Below are positions 1 to 8,713 of a DNA stretch of 64,000 nt, piece by piece. Both the position numbers and the translations under genes were made by a program. The notes under the pieces were generated by a model. It saw only the letters and a program-made list of their open reading frames with translations. It ran no database searches and had not been told where the DNA came from. The stretch lies in sequence record MW373745.1. One strand, written 5' to 3'. The number at the start of each line of letters is the position of its first letter. Positions within the stretch are counted from its first letter, which is position 1.

Positions 1-1
1 A

Positions 2-139
2 GCAAAGAAAGTATTGGATGATTGCCAGAAAATGGATATGGTGATTAAGCAAATGTCTGAAGAACTCGGTATACCAGAAGAGGTTATTAGAAATGGCAAG
101 TTTCAAAGAAAGGGCTATTTTAAGAATGGCTACATTTAG
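2..139 (+). CDS. 3' end of an ORF entering the window (HTH-like tail KQMSEELGIPEEVIRNG)
   Basis: Frame open from nt 2 to TAG at 137-139 (AKKVLDDC...GYFKNGYI*), translated by hand. Confidence 0.45.
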   Translation, partial: AKKVLDDCQKMDMVIKQMSEELGIPEEVIRNGKFQRKGYFKNGYI

Positions 140-644
140 ACACAATAACTTGTTATATTATGTTATAATTGAAAGGAGAAGGGGTGTCAAAGGTGACCAT
201 ACTTGTGTAGAACCACATTTTGGTGCTTTTGTAACTGATATAGAAAATATCTTAAAAATTTCTGATACTAAGCAATTGTTGTTACAACTCAAACACAGAA
301 AGGATATTTTAAAGATTTTAAACCCAGATAAAATAGAAACAAATTCTCAATTAGTTTTATCCTATGTATTAAGTGTTCTAAGAGATTATATTAAAGAACA
401 TTATACATTGTTTATTAAGCTTGTGACTAATGAAGAATTAATGAAAAAATATATAAAATTATTACCTTATGTTTGTACTGATTTAAAGTATACTCCTATA
501 GATATTTCAAATGAAATTAGAACGGATTTTGATGGAACTAGGAAGCGTTTTCTTGTGCTATTGCTCAGAAAATCAAAAGATTTAGACAAACAAGATGTAC
601 TAAAATCACTTAGTAATATCAATTTAAGTAATTATATATTATAA
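93..644 (+). CDS. hypothetical protein; real start may be GTG184 with a 2-nt frameshift near 205
   Basis: 183-aa ORF. Extended -10 TGTTATAAT (161-169) and AAGGAG (173-178) point to an out-of-frame GTG at 184. Confidence 0.5.
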   Translation: MASFKERAILRMATFRHNNLLYYVIIERRRGVKGDHTCVEPHFGAFVTDIENILKISDTKQLLLQLKHRKDILKILNPDKIETNSQLVLSYVLSVLRDYIKEHYTLFIKLVTNEELMKKYIKLLPYVCTDLKYTPIDISNEIRTDFDGTRKRFLVLLLRKSKDLDKQDVLKSLSNINLSNYIL

Positions 645-660
645 TAACAATAAAAGAGGT
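623..660 (+). promoter_or_regulatory. promoter TTTAAG-N11-TATAAT plus RBS for the nrdA C-half
   Basis: TTTAAG 623-628, TATAAT 640-645, AAGAGGT 654-660. Confidence 0.7.
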
Positions 661-663
661 GCT

Positions 664-762
664 ATGATAAAAATAACTAAAAAAACTGAAAAAATACCTG
701 TATACGATATAGAAGTTAAGGATAATCATAACTTTTTTGCAAATGGATTGTGTGTTCACAAT
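664..762 (+). other. split intein C fragment (IntC, 33 aa)
   Basis: VYDIEVKDNHNFFANGLCVHN followed by Cys(+1): intein blocks F and G ending His-Asn, directly after the start Met. Confidence 0.9.
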
Positions 763-1707
763 TGTGAAATATCTGTGCCTAGTCATAGTTTAGATAATTA
801 TAGGGGTATACCAGGAGAACTAGGAACTTGTATCTTAGGTAATATAAATTTTGGACATTCTAAAGAATCTGACATCCCAAAAGTTGCTGATTTCTTAGTT
901 AGGTTCTTAGATAATATGATTGATATTTCTGATTTTGCTATGCCAGAAATTGAATACTCAGCTACAAAACGTAGAACATTAGGTATTGGTGTTTCTAACT
1001 TATTTGGATATCTTGCTAAATCGAAATTATTTTACAATACAAAAGAAGCACGCGAACATATTAATGATTTAATGGAATTATTTTATTTTAACTTAGTTAA
1101 AACTTCAATAGATTTAGCAAAAGAACGAGGTGCTTGTGAATTATATAATGAATCTTTTTATAGTGATAATAAGTTTATATTCGAAAGATATTTAGAAGCT
1201 GGGATTAAACCTGAATTTAAAACAAAATTAGATTGGGAGTCACTTCGTGAAGAATTATCTAAATACGGTATGCGCCATTCAAGCTTGTCAGCTGTACCGC
1301 CCGCTGGGAACAGTTCAAAGCCAAGCTCAGCAACACCTGGTATCGAACCTCCAAGAGAATTAGTAACTATTAAAACAGAAAAAAGTTCTACTGTAAAACA
1401 GTTGGTTCCTTTCTATAAAACAGCCAAAAAATATTATACGACTGCTTGGGGTGTTGACTTTAATAATAAAGATTATCTTAAATTAGTGAGTACAATACAA
1501 AGATATGTAGATCAAAGTATTAGTACAAATCAATATTATAATATCGTAGAAACTAAAAAAGTTAATATTGAAGATGTTATAGAAGAATTTATAGAATGCT
1601 TCAATTTAGGTGTCAAATCATTGTATTATGCTAATTTTAGAACTACAGATGATGCAGATGGTGATCAAGTAATTGAAGGTTGTGGGTCTGGAGGTTGTAG
1701 CGTTTAA
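664..1707 (+). CDS. nrdA: ribonucleotide reductase class Ia alpha subunit, C-terminal half, fused to a split-intein C fragment
   Basis: CEI after the intein end, ELGTCILGNINF, RRTLGIGV, PPAGNSS, KSLYY (radical-relay Tyr pair), C-terminal GCGSGGC redox pair. Confidence 0.95.
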   Translation: MIKITKKTEKIPVYDIEVKDNHNFFANGLCVHNCEISVPSHSLDNYRGIPGELGTCILGNINFGHSKESDIPKVADFLVRFLDNMIDISDFAMPEIEYSATKRRTLGIGVSNLFGYLAKSKLFYNTKEAREHINDLMELFYFNLVKTSIDLAKERGACELYNESFYSDNKFIFERYLEAGIKPEFKTKLDWESLREELSKYGMRHSSLSAVPPAGNSSKPSSATPGIEPPRELVTIKTEKSSTVKQLVPFYKTAKKYYTTAWGVDFNNKDYLKLVSTIQRYVDQSISTNQYYNIVETKKVNIEDVIEEFIECFNLGVKSLYYANFRTTDDADGDQVIEGCGSGGCSV

Positions 1708-1717
1708 AAACTTTTAG

Positions 1718-1749
1718 GTTTAAGCTTTTAAGACTTTTTAAGCTTAAAC
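1718..1749 (+). terminator. hairpin after nrdA
   Basis: GTTTAAGCTT (1718-1727) and AAGCTTAAAC (1740-1749) form a perfect inverted repeat. Confidence 0.45.
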
Positions 1750-1777
1750 TTTAAGATTCGGTTTGTATTTCAGAAAC

Positions 1778-1801
1778 TTTTAAGTTATTTTATATTATAA
1801 T
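1778..1801 (+). promoter_or_regulatory. promoter TTTTAAG-N11-TATAAT
   Basis: Near-identical promoter/RBS cassette repeated at 7802-7853. Confidence 0.7.
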
Positions 1802-1829
1802 TATTTCATTAAAAGATAAAGGAGATAAA

Positions 1830-2510
1830 ATGAAACACATTACAAAAATATTTTTAGGATATAAAAACGACAAAGCATATTTCAATAGAACACAAAGACA
1901 AATTACGTGTGCTATCAAAAATCTTGAACGTTTAAAACCTTCATTTAATATTAACGAAGCTAGATTTGAAGAAATCTACGAAGCTAAACAAATTGAAACA
2001 AACCCAAATATACTTTATATTGCTGTTACAGACAAACAATATGTAATTGTAGCCAATAGTGATTGGCGCGGTAATATCACATTAGATTATAAAAATATTG
2101 ATTTTGGTGTAGAAAGAAGTCTACAAATATCAAGGCTTAAAAGATTATTTAGAGCTGGTGTTAGAATATGGAAATGTAATACTTACTTATATGATAGAAA
2201 ACGTAAATCCATAGGTTTGAAGAAACCTAGTCTTGAAGATCGTTTAGCAGAATATAAAAAATCTAAAATCAATGATTTTAACAAATATTGCTTAAATAAA
2301 TTAAAAAGTGTTAGTAATTTAAATCTAAATGTAAACAATATTGAAGATTTAGATTTTAATAATTTAGAAAAACAAATTGATTTTATGAAAGAGTTGTTAT
2401 ATTATACTAAAAAATATATTGCGAATGAAAAATATAAATTTTGTGATGAACCTTATTTTGAAAGCACAAAAAGAAAAACTATGAATGCTATTATAAATTT
2501 AAAGATTTGA
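1830..2510 (+). CDS. hypothetical protein
   Basis: 226-aa ORF with promoter and AAGGAG RBS. Confidence 0.8.
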   Translation: MKHITKIFLGYKNDKAYFNRTQRQITCAIKNLERLKPSFNINEARFEEIYEAKQIETNPNILYIAVTDKQYVIVANSDWRGNITLDYKNIDFGVERSLQISRLKRLFRAGVRIWKCNTYLYDRKRKSIGLKKPSLEDRLAEYKKSKINDFNKYCLNKLKSVSNLNLNVNNIEDLDFNNLEKQIDFMKELLYYTKKYIANEKYKFCDEPYFESTKRKTMNAIINLKI

Positions 2511-2547
2511 AATACATTCATAATCACACAAAAACTGGGATTAAACG

Positions 2548-3378
2548 ATGATATTAGATACTAAAGCAGATATATTAGTAACTCATAGTTTTCACTTTAA
2601 TAATACTAAAATGCACGGATTATCAGGACATTTATTTGAAGTATTAGATTATTACTGGTATTTTAAAAATAAAGGTGTTAATGTTAAATGTTTAATTCCA
2701 GAAGTAGTAACTAAAGAAACTTTTAATGATTTCGTAAAAGGACACTATAGTGTAGATTTTGATTTAAATGATATATATTTTTTAGATACTAAGATATTAG
2801 CAATTAAAGCTAGAAATATACTAGTAACCGATGGTGGGTATTGGTTTTTAAATCAATATAAGTCTAAATTACTAGGTAAAGTATTTTCGTTTGCTTGTGG
2901 TCCTAGTTTTTTAGAATCCGAAGATAAACCAGAATATGTGACTTTTTTAGCAGATCATAAAATATATCCTGGTTTGGGAATAAATTATACTAAGAAGGTG
3001 TTACCCCATTTAAATCATATACCAGGAGATAAACCTTTTGCTCATATTACTAAAAATTGTAGGGCATTATCAGAATCTCAAATAAAAGATCTAATAAGAG
3101 ATTATCCTGATATTGTAATGTATAGTGATTATTTGAATATACAGAATTCGACAAACAAACCTATCAAGAATTTTAATTTTAGTAAGTATGTGTATACGCC
3201 TATTATGAGACATTTTGATTGTTCACCTAGACTTATAATAGAATGTAGAATATTAGGTATAGATTTTGATTTATGGAATATCAATTATAAAGATCCTGGT
3301 TTAGAAAGACGTTTAGAAACAGATCTGGATCAATTTATATTGGATGGGTCCGACACAATTATAAATTATTTAGTTTAA
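2548..3378 (+). CDS. putative GT-B fold glycosyltransferase-like protein
   Basis: N-terminal HGLSGHLFEVLDYYWYFKNKGVNV and C-terminal YVYTP..DCSPRLIIECRILG resemble GT4-type motifs. Confidence 0.45.
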   Translation: MILDTKADILVTHSFHFNNTKMHGLSGHLFEVLDYYWYFKNKGVNVKCLIPEVVTKETFNDFVKGHYSVDFDLNDIYFLDTKILAIKARNILVTDGGYWFLNQYKSKLLGKVFSFACGPSFLESEDKPEYVTFLADHKIYPGLGINYTKKVLPHLNHIPGDKPFAHITKNCRALSESQIKDLIRDYPDIVMYSDYLNIQNSTNKPIKNFNFSKYVYTPIMRHFDCSPRLIIECRILGIDFDLWNINYKDPGLERRLETDLDQFILDGSDTIINYLV

Positions 3379-3404
3379 AGTTTAAAAGCACACAAAGGTT
3401 TAAA

Positions 3405-4415
3405 ATGAATAAAATAGACTTCTCGGGTTCTGAATGTTCATATGAAAAACTACTAAATGGAACATTAGAGTTTGAAGGTATTCGAGCTGCGATAATGACA
3501 ACCGATAAATGTTGTTTTAGTTGTGAATATTGTTGTAATTCAGGTTTTACAGATTTTAATGCTGCTAAAAATACTAAAAGCGAAGCAGATTTAAAATGTT
3601 TTAATTTGGTTAAAGCTATATTTCCTAGATTAAAATCCGCAGTTTTATGTGGTGGTGAACCACTAATGTGTGATTATCTTTATGATTATTTAGACTTATT
3701 TAAGGATCTAAAAGACGTAACAATTTTAACAAATCTATTATATATAAAAGATCATTATAAACGTCTAAAAGAATATAGAAACCTAGATTTAGTTACAACT
3801 TATCACGCTTCTCAAATTAATTCTAATCAATATATTGAAAGACTTAAATATTTCTTAGACATAGATTTACCAAAAGAAGTTAAATTATTTTTTAACCATA
3901 AAAAACCAGATTTAATAGAAAGAACTCAAAATGTTAAAGATTTCTTAGAATCTCAAGGATTTACTAATATTATTTGTACTCATATTTCAGGATTTGGTTT
4001 TAGTAATCCAAATAAAAATGTAGCAGGCGTTGACCTTAATGCAGATAGAGACTACGTAATGATTTCTCAAGGAACTAAGAAATATATGAATGAATCTGAG
4101 TTTGCGAGTCAAAATTATCTCGGTATGGTCTGCAATGGTTTGAGACTTCACGTTTACCCAGATAGAATCATTGAAAATTGTTCAAGAAAAACTTTGACTG
4201 TAGAAGAAGTTCTAAAGTTAAAAGATTATCAAGTTTGTAAATTCAAAAGTTGTAATGTTGGTATGTGTTTGAATTATTTTAATAAATACAATGTTAAATA
4301 CTTAAAGAATATCAATTTTAATTGTATAACACCTCAAATTGATTATGATGAAGAAACAATAAAAATATTAGATTGTTTGAATTTTTACGGAGTAGAAGAC
4401 TATGAAAAATATTGA
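3405..4415 (+). CDS. radical SAM protein
   Basis: CxxxCxxC (CCFSCEYC), GGEP motif, extra C-terminal cysteines. Confidence 0.9.
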   Translation: MNKIDFSGSECSYEKLLNGTLEFEGIRAAIMTTDKCCFSCEYCCNSGFTDFNAAKNTKSEADLKCFNLVKAIFPRLKSAVLCGGEPLMCDYLYDYLDLFKDLKDVTILTNLLYIKDHYKRLKEYRNLDLVTTYHASQINSNQYIERLKYFLDIDLPKEVKLFFNHKKPDLIERTQNVKDFLESQGFTNIICTHISGFGFSNPNKNVAGVDLNADRDYVMISQGTKKYMNESEFASQNYLGMVCNGLRLHVYPDRIIENCSRKTLTVEEVLKLKDYQVCKFKSCNVGMCLNYFNKYNVKYLKNINFNCITPQIDYDEETIKILDCLNFYGVEDYEKY

Positions 4416-4584
4416 TTTGTTAAGTTGGATTAGTACCATAAAAGATATTGAATTACTTGAATTCTTTGAGAATCTAAAAAATTCTAATAATTCTAATAAT
4501 TCTAATAATTCTAATAATTCTAATAATTATTCAGATGTGACACCAGACTTAATTGATGAATATATTAGAAAATATAATTTGTAG
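4402..4584 (+). CDS. small protein with (NSN)5 tract
   Basis: 60-aa ORF overlapping the radical SAM stop. Confidence 0.6.
   Translation: MKNIDLLSWISTIKDIELLEFFENLKNSNNSNNSNNSNNSNNYSDVTPDLIDEYIRKYNL
4480..4524 (+). repeat. 9-bp tandem repeat (AATTCTAAT)x5
   Basis: Five exact in-frame copies. Confidence 0.9.
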
Positions 4585-4639
4585 TTGACTGTAATTGATT
4601 TTTAAGATTCTATATTATATAATATTACAAGGAGATAAA

Positions 4640-4960
4640 ATGGATTCAGATTTTAAAGATTTTAGTAATGAATTGACTGACTTATTGAATAGTATAGATT
4701 TGAGTCAAAATTTCGATGATATTGTTAAATCATTGAATACAAAAAGTATAGTTAAAGAATTTATAACCGCAAAAATTATTGGAATAGATACCGATGGTAA
4801 TTATTTGTTTATTTATGTAGAATTTACAAATAATAAAAAAGTGCGTAGTATAGTAGGTTATTTTTATTGTTCTTATATTAATAATCAAGTAATTCTTGCT
4901 GAAGAAATGTACGATAAAAATTATAAATTATTTACTAATTCTGTGAGTTATTTAGTTTAA
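4640..4960 (+). CDS. hypothetical protein
   Basis: ATG4640 follows AAGGAG and a promoter at 4600-4623; ORF track start 4595 is probably too long. Confidence 0.75.
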   Translation: MDSDFKDFSNELTDLLNSIDLSQNFDDIVKSLNTKSIVKEFITAKIIGIDTDGNYLFIYVEFTNNKKVRSIVGYFYCSYINNQVILAEEMYDKNYKLFTNSVSYLV

Positions 4961-4979
4961 TACACAATACGGGATTTTA

Positions 4980-5171
4980 ATGATTTTAAATAATTTAAAT
5001 TTATTGATTTGTTCATTTATTATATTTTTTCTTTTTATTATTAGTGTTGTTGGTTTTTATTATATTAATGGTAAAAAGATCAATTGTGTTTATTTGTTTG
5101 CAATAATACCTTTGATTTCAATTTTAATACTATGGTGTTTACTCATTATACAAATATCAGTCAAAAATTAG
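4980..5171 (+). CDS. small two-TM membrane protein
   Basis: 63 aa, two hydrophobic stretches. Confidence 0.6.
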   Translation: MILNNLNLLICSFIIFFLFIISVVGFYYINGKKINCVYLFAIIPLISILILWCLLIIQISVKN

Positions 5172-5284
5172 CACCAAAGCTTAAAAAATGTTTAAAACGA
5201 ATAAATAATATAAAATCGTAAAATAAACTTGTTTTAAATAAGCTTAAAATCAGTTATTTAAGATTATTATATAATAGAGGTAAA

Positions 5285-5469
5285 ATGATTAAAAATCAAA
5301 AATACAAGAAATTTTTGAAAAAGTTTTGAAGGAAAAAGAAAATGAATATACGGATGAAAAATTAGAAGAAATAAGAAAAGAAAGAGAATATGTTGAATCT
5401 ATTATAAACGAGGGTATTGAAAAATCAGAAAATATTAAGATAGAAATATTAAGTGAAACTAATTTTTAG
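5285..5469 (+). pseudogene. frameshifted small gene sharing its 5' end with the 5607 gene
   Basis: TATAAT, GAGG RBS and ATG are present. A 1-nt loss near codon 5 shifts MIKN out of the frame KIQEIFEKVLKEKE...ETNF*. Confidence 0.5.
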
Positions 5470-5606
5470 AAGAAAATAAAAAATTAGATTTAGACATTAA
5501 AATATTTTTTCTTGTATAAAAACCAAATTCATAAGCAATGATGTATAATTTTAATCTTATTTTAAGATTATTATTATATAATAACAGAAATAAAAAAGGA
5601 GATAAA

Positions 5607-6146
5607 ATGATTAAAAACACAAAAATACAAGAAATAAAAGATTTTAACAATGATTTAATATCTAAAATGTTAAAAAATAATCCACATTTTGACTTAAAAG
5701 TAGACTATAGAACTCAATTTGTAGTTTTTAAAGACAACTCGATAATAGAAAGTGCTTATTATCCTACTAAAATAGCTACTTGTGAATATGGTGTAATTGA
5801 AGTAGATGAAGATGCTTCAGATGGCATCTCAATATCTCACAATAAAATAGAATTTTTTAGAAATGGTGTACCTAATGGTTTGGCAATAGAACTTATTGAG
5901 GATAATGAAACCAGAATCAAAATTAGATTTGATTTGCGAGATCGTAATATTTTCTATGAAAACTATTACGCTTGGGATTGTTTTGGAAAAAGAGCTTTCA
6001 CTTTTAGAAATGATTTAAATCGTTTTAATGATCGTTTTATGACTAAGATTAAACTTAAGAATTTTTTAACAAAAAACTTTGATTTATTTAAAGATTTTAT
6101 CAAAAGTTCTAATGAATATTTAGATTTTATTAATAAAAGTTTATAA
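5607..6146 (+). CDS. hypothetical protein
   Basis: ATG5607 follows AAGGAG and TATAAT (5577-5582). Confidence 0.8.
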   Translation: MIKNTKIQEIKDFNNDLISKMLKNNPHFDLKVDYRTQFVVFKDNSIIESAYYPTKIATCEYGVIEVDEDASDGISISHNKIEFFRNGVPNGLAIELIEDNETRIKIRFDLRDRNIFYENYYAWDCFGKRAFTFRNDLNRFNDRFMTKIKLKNFLTKNFDLFKDFIKSSNEYLDFINKSL

Positions 6147-6171
6147 TTAATTATAGTCAAAGGAGCTTAAA

Positions 6172-6423
6172 ATGGAAATAATTAAATCTGCAACTTCAGG
6201 TTTCATTAAATACACAATAACGTTATTTTTATTAGGATTTTTTTCAGGTATAGCTTTTACATTTTTTATGACTAAATGGTATTTCGAAGATCGTGGATCA
6301 ACTATAGGTTATGAAATTCAAAGAGCCAATATGATAAAAAATTGTATAAAAGAAGTTGACGTTTCCTTAGAAATAATGAAAGAAGAAAACTCGGTTATAG
6401 ATGCAACACAACCATTAAATTAA
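6172..6423 (+). CDS. single-TM membrane protein
   Basis: 83 aa, hydrophobic segment near the N-terminus, AAGGAG RBS. Confidence 0.7.
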   Translation: MEIIKSATSGFIKYTITLFLLGFFSGIAFTFFMTKWYFEDRGSTIGYEIQRANMIKNCIKEVDVSLEIMKEENSVIDATQPLN

Positions 6424-6459
6424 TATTAAATTAATTTTAAACTAAATATAGGATTTAAG

Positions 6460-6759
6460 ATGATTATTGAAATAAAAGATTTTCCATTAAATGTTAAGAG
6501 AGTAGTTTTAGAATTTGATGATTCTGGTGCTTGTACGATAGAACCAGAAACAAAAGTTAAAAAATCTAAGATTTCTAAACCTATTAAAGAAGTTGAAAAT
6601 GATTCAGCTGATATGACTGAAACTGAACCTGTTTTAGATATTAATTTTGGTTCTAAACCAGTAAAAGCATCAAACACAGAACCTATTGATAAAGTTGTAA
6701 TCCCGGATATAGAAAGAGAAGCTAACGTTTCAGCTACAATGCAAAACTTGAAACTATAA
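6460..6759 (+). CDS. hypothetical protein
   Basis: 99-aa ORF with AGGA RBS. Confidence 0.7.
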   Translation: MIIEIKDFPLNVKRVVLEFDDSGACTIEPETKVKKSKISKPIKEVENDSADMTETEPVLDINFGSKPVKASNTEPIDKVVIPDIEREANVSATMQNLKL

Positions 6760-6809
6760 AGTGTTATGTGTTAACACTATAGTGTAAAACTTAGAAGCTT
6801 AAGAATCTC

Positions 6810-7724
6810 TTAAGCTTCCGTAATTGCAAACTTATATAACATCGGAGTAGTTGCAGAATGTAAAGGGTGTATTGTATATGCATTTCTTGTAAATATACCT
6901 ACAGTTCTTTCACCTGATTTATAATTATAAGCAGTTGTTAAGTTCATACAATATGGGCTATAAATCAACGAATTAACACCCTTTTCTTTATGAGATTTTA
7001 AACCCACATAAGCATTATTATCATCAGGATTTGGATTTAAATAATATCTTGTATTATTAATCTTACCTAAGAAATAATCATTCGCTCTATTTTCATCTGT
7101 TGAGTCATCTATTCTTGAATAAGTAAAACTTAATGATAATATACCACCTACACCAGTTTGTGGAAGTATACAAAAACTATCGTATGTTCTAAAATTAGGT
7201 GAATTCATTTTAATAACTAAATCATTTACCTTTTTAGATATATGAAATAAGTTTGTTTCGGCATTTTGTTTAGAATCGTTGTTATCATCTAACGTAATAC
7301 CTTCTGATTCAACTGCATTTTCTTTAATAAGATTTATAATTTTTTCAGTTTCTTTGTGTGCTGCAGAAGACTTGACCCAGTTAATGAATAATTCTGGTGT
7401 TTGTTCATTTCCGGCTTTATTAAGATTACTTAAATTTAATAAATCTTCCCAAGCTTCCTGTGATATTTTGATAATAGATTTATTAGTATCAACATCAATT
7501 TGTTTTTTAATAATTTTAAATGTATCTTGAGTTTCTTGTCTTGCGAAAACATATCCAGATGGTTGCATCATAGGTTGAACTTCAGCAATGTGATGACCTA
7601 TAAACGATTTGATTTTATCTTTTAAGATATCACCTAACATAACTTGGTAAAAATCTGCATCTATACCTTCGCTAATTAAGTTTGTAGTCTCCTTAAGAGA
7701 ATTTTCTAATAATAGTTTATACAT
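6810..7724 (-). CDS. T4 gp23/gp24-like capsid (vertex) protein paralog
   Basis: EVQPMMQPSGYVFA resembles gp23 VQPM..PTG.VFA; C-terminal RTVGIFTRNAY; late-type AATAAATA upstream. Confidence 0.7.
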   Translation of the reverse strand: MYKLLLENSLKETTNLISEGIDADFYQVMLGDILKDKIKSFIGHHIAEVQPMMQPSGYVFARQETQDTFKIIKKQIDVDTNKSIIKISQEAWEDLLNLSNLNKAGNEQTPELFINWVKSSAAHKETEKIINLIKENAVESEGITLDDNNDSKQNAETNLFHISKKVNDLVIKMNSPNFRTYDSFCILPQTGVGGILSLSFTYSRIDDSTDENRANDYFLGKINNTRYYLNPNPDDNNAYVGLKSHKEKGVNSLIYSPYCMNLTTAYNYKSGERTVGIFTRNAYTIHPLHSATTPMLYKFAITEA

Positions 7725-7801
7725 TTTGGCCTCTATGTATTTTTAAGTTATTTATTATCTTAATTAACTTCGATATTTAGTATTTAGATTATTTAAGAAA
7801 C

Positions 7802-7825
7802 TTTTAAGTTATTTTATATTATAAT
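7802..7825 (+). promoter_or_regulatory. promoter TTTTAAG-N11-TATAAT
   Basis: Exact motif and spacing. Confidence 0.7.
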
Positions 7826-7853
7826 TATTTCATCAAAAGATAAAGGAGATTAA

Positions 7854-7967
7854 ATGAAAAACTTTAAATCAAAATTAGGTGATAATAGATTTACATTTGA
7901 CTTAGTTTACACAGTTGTAGCCGTAGTAATGATGATAGCATACCCAGCTTATTTTATTTGGGGTTAA
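7854..7967 (+). CDS. 37-aa membrane peptide, not in ORF track
   Basis: AAGGAG RBS; MKNFKSKLGDNRFTFDLVYTVVAVVMMIAYPAYFIWG*. Confidence 0.65.
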   Translation: MKNFKSKLGDNRFTFDLVYTVVAVVMMIAYPAYFIWG

Positions 7968-7968
7968 A

Positions 7969-8433
7969 ATGAACTTCGTAACCAAAGATTATATGTTAAC
8001 TGCAGAAATAGCGGATAAATTAAATATAAGTATGACTAATATTTCAAAATGGTATGTAAAATTTCCAGAGTCTGTTACTAATAAACATTTAGTAAGAATA
8101 GGTAATTGTGTGTTTGTTCACAGAGACTTTCCTAATTTAACTAAGAATATGAAAATTATTTTTAATGAACCCAGAATAGATTGGAGTAATAAATTACCAT
8201 TGAATTATATGATTAAAAATTTTAAAATTAATGTTGCTTATTGTGAAAAATATAATATAGGTCATAAAACAAGTTATATTTTTAAAACACATAGAAATCG
8301 TGTAATTCAAAAAGATTTTTTTGCATTTGACCCTAGTATTTTAAAATTATTAAAAGCTACTGAATTAGAATCAAGGAAGGTTGCTAGCTTAAATTCAATT
8401 CAAGTTTCAAAGAATTACTTCATTTGTTTTTGA
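7969..8433 (+). CDS. putative HTH DNA-binding protein
   Basis: N-terminal TAEIADKLNISMTNISKW. Confidence 0.55.
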   Translation: MNFVTKDYMLTAEIADKLNISMTNISKWYVKFPESVTNKHLVRIGNCVFVHRDFPNLTKNMKIIFNEPRIDWSNKLPLNYMIKNFKINVAYCEKYNIGHKTSYIFKTHRNRVIQKDFFAFDPSILKLLKATELESRKVASLNSIQVSKNYFICF

Positions 8434-8451
8434 TTATTTAAAGGAGTAAAA

Positions 8452-8700
8452 ATGGATTCAAAAAGCTTTATTAAAAAACAAGTTCTAAAAATCTTAAAAG
8501 TAACTAATATAGAAGAAGAAATTCTTCATAAAATGTTCGTAGATGAAGGTGTTGATGCCGATTTCTTGATACAAGTTCTGAAAGATCTACATAAAGAATC
8601 TAAAATTAAAGTTCTAATTAAATCTGATAATTGCTTGTTTGAATGGGATTCTCACAAGCCTTATATTAAAGGTGTTTATTATATAACTAGTAAAATGTAA
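8452..8700 (+). CDS. hypothetical protein
   Basis: 82 aa, AAGGAG RBS. Confidence 0.75.
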   Translation: MDSKSFIKKQVLKILKVTNIEEEILHKMFVDEGVDADFLIQVLKDLHKESKIKVLIKSDNCLFEWDSHKPYIKGVYYITSKM

Positions 8701-8713
8701 ACAAAGGTTCTAA

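Noticed and set aside
93-644. Assignment as a known homing endonuclease
   Set aside because: No LAGLIDADG, HNH, GIY-YIG or PD-(D/E)xK motif recognisable; position alone is insufficient.
5459-7530. Short overlapping ORFs (5459-5650, 5966-6160, 6426-6677, 7279-7530) and similar shadows elsewhere
   Set aside because: They are antisense to better-supported genes and lack RBS or promoter signals.
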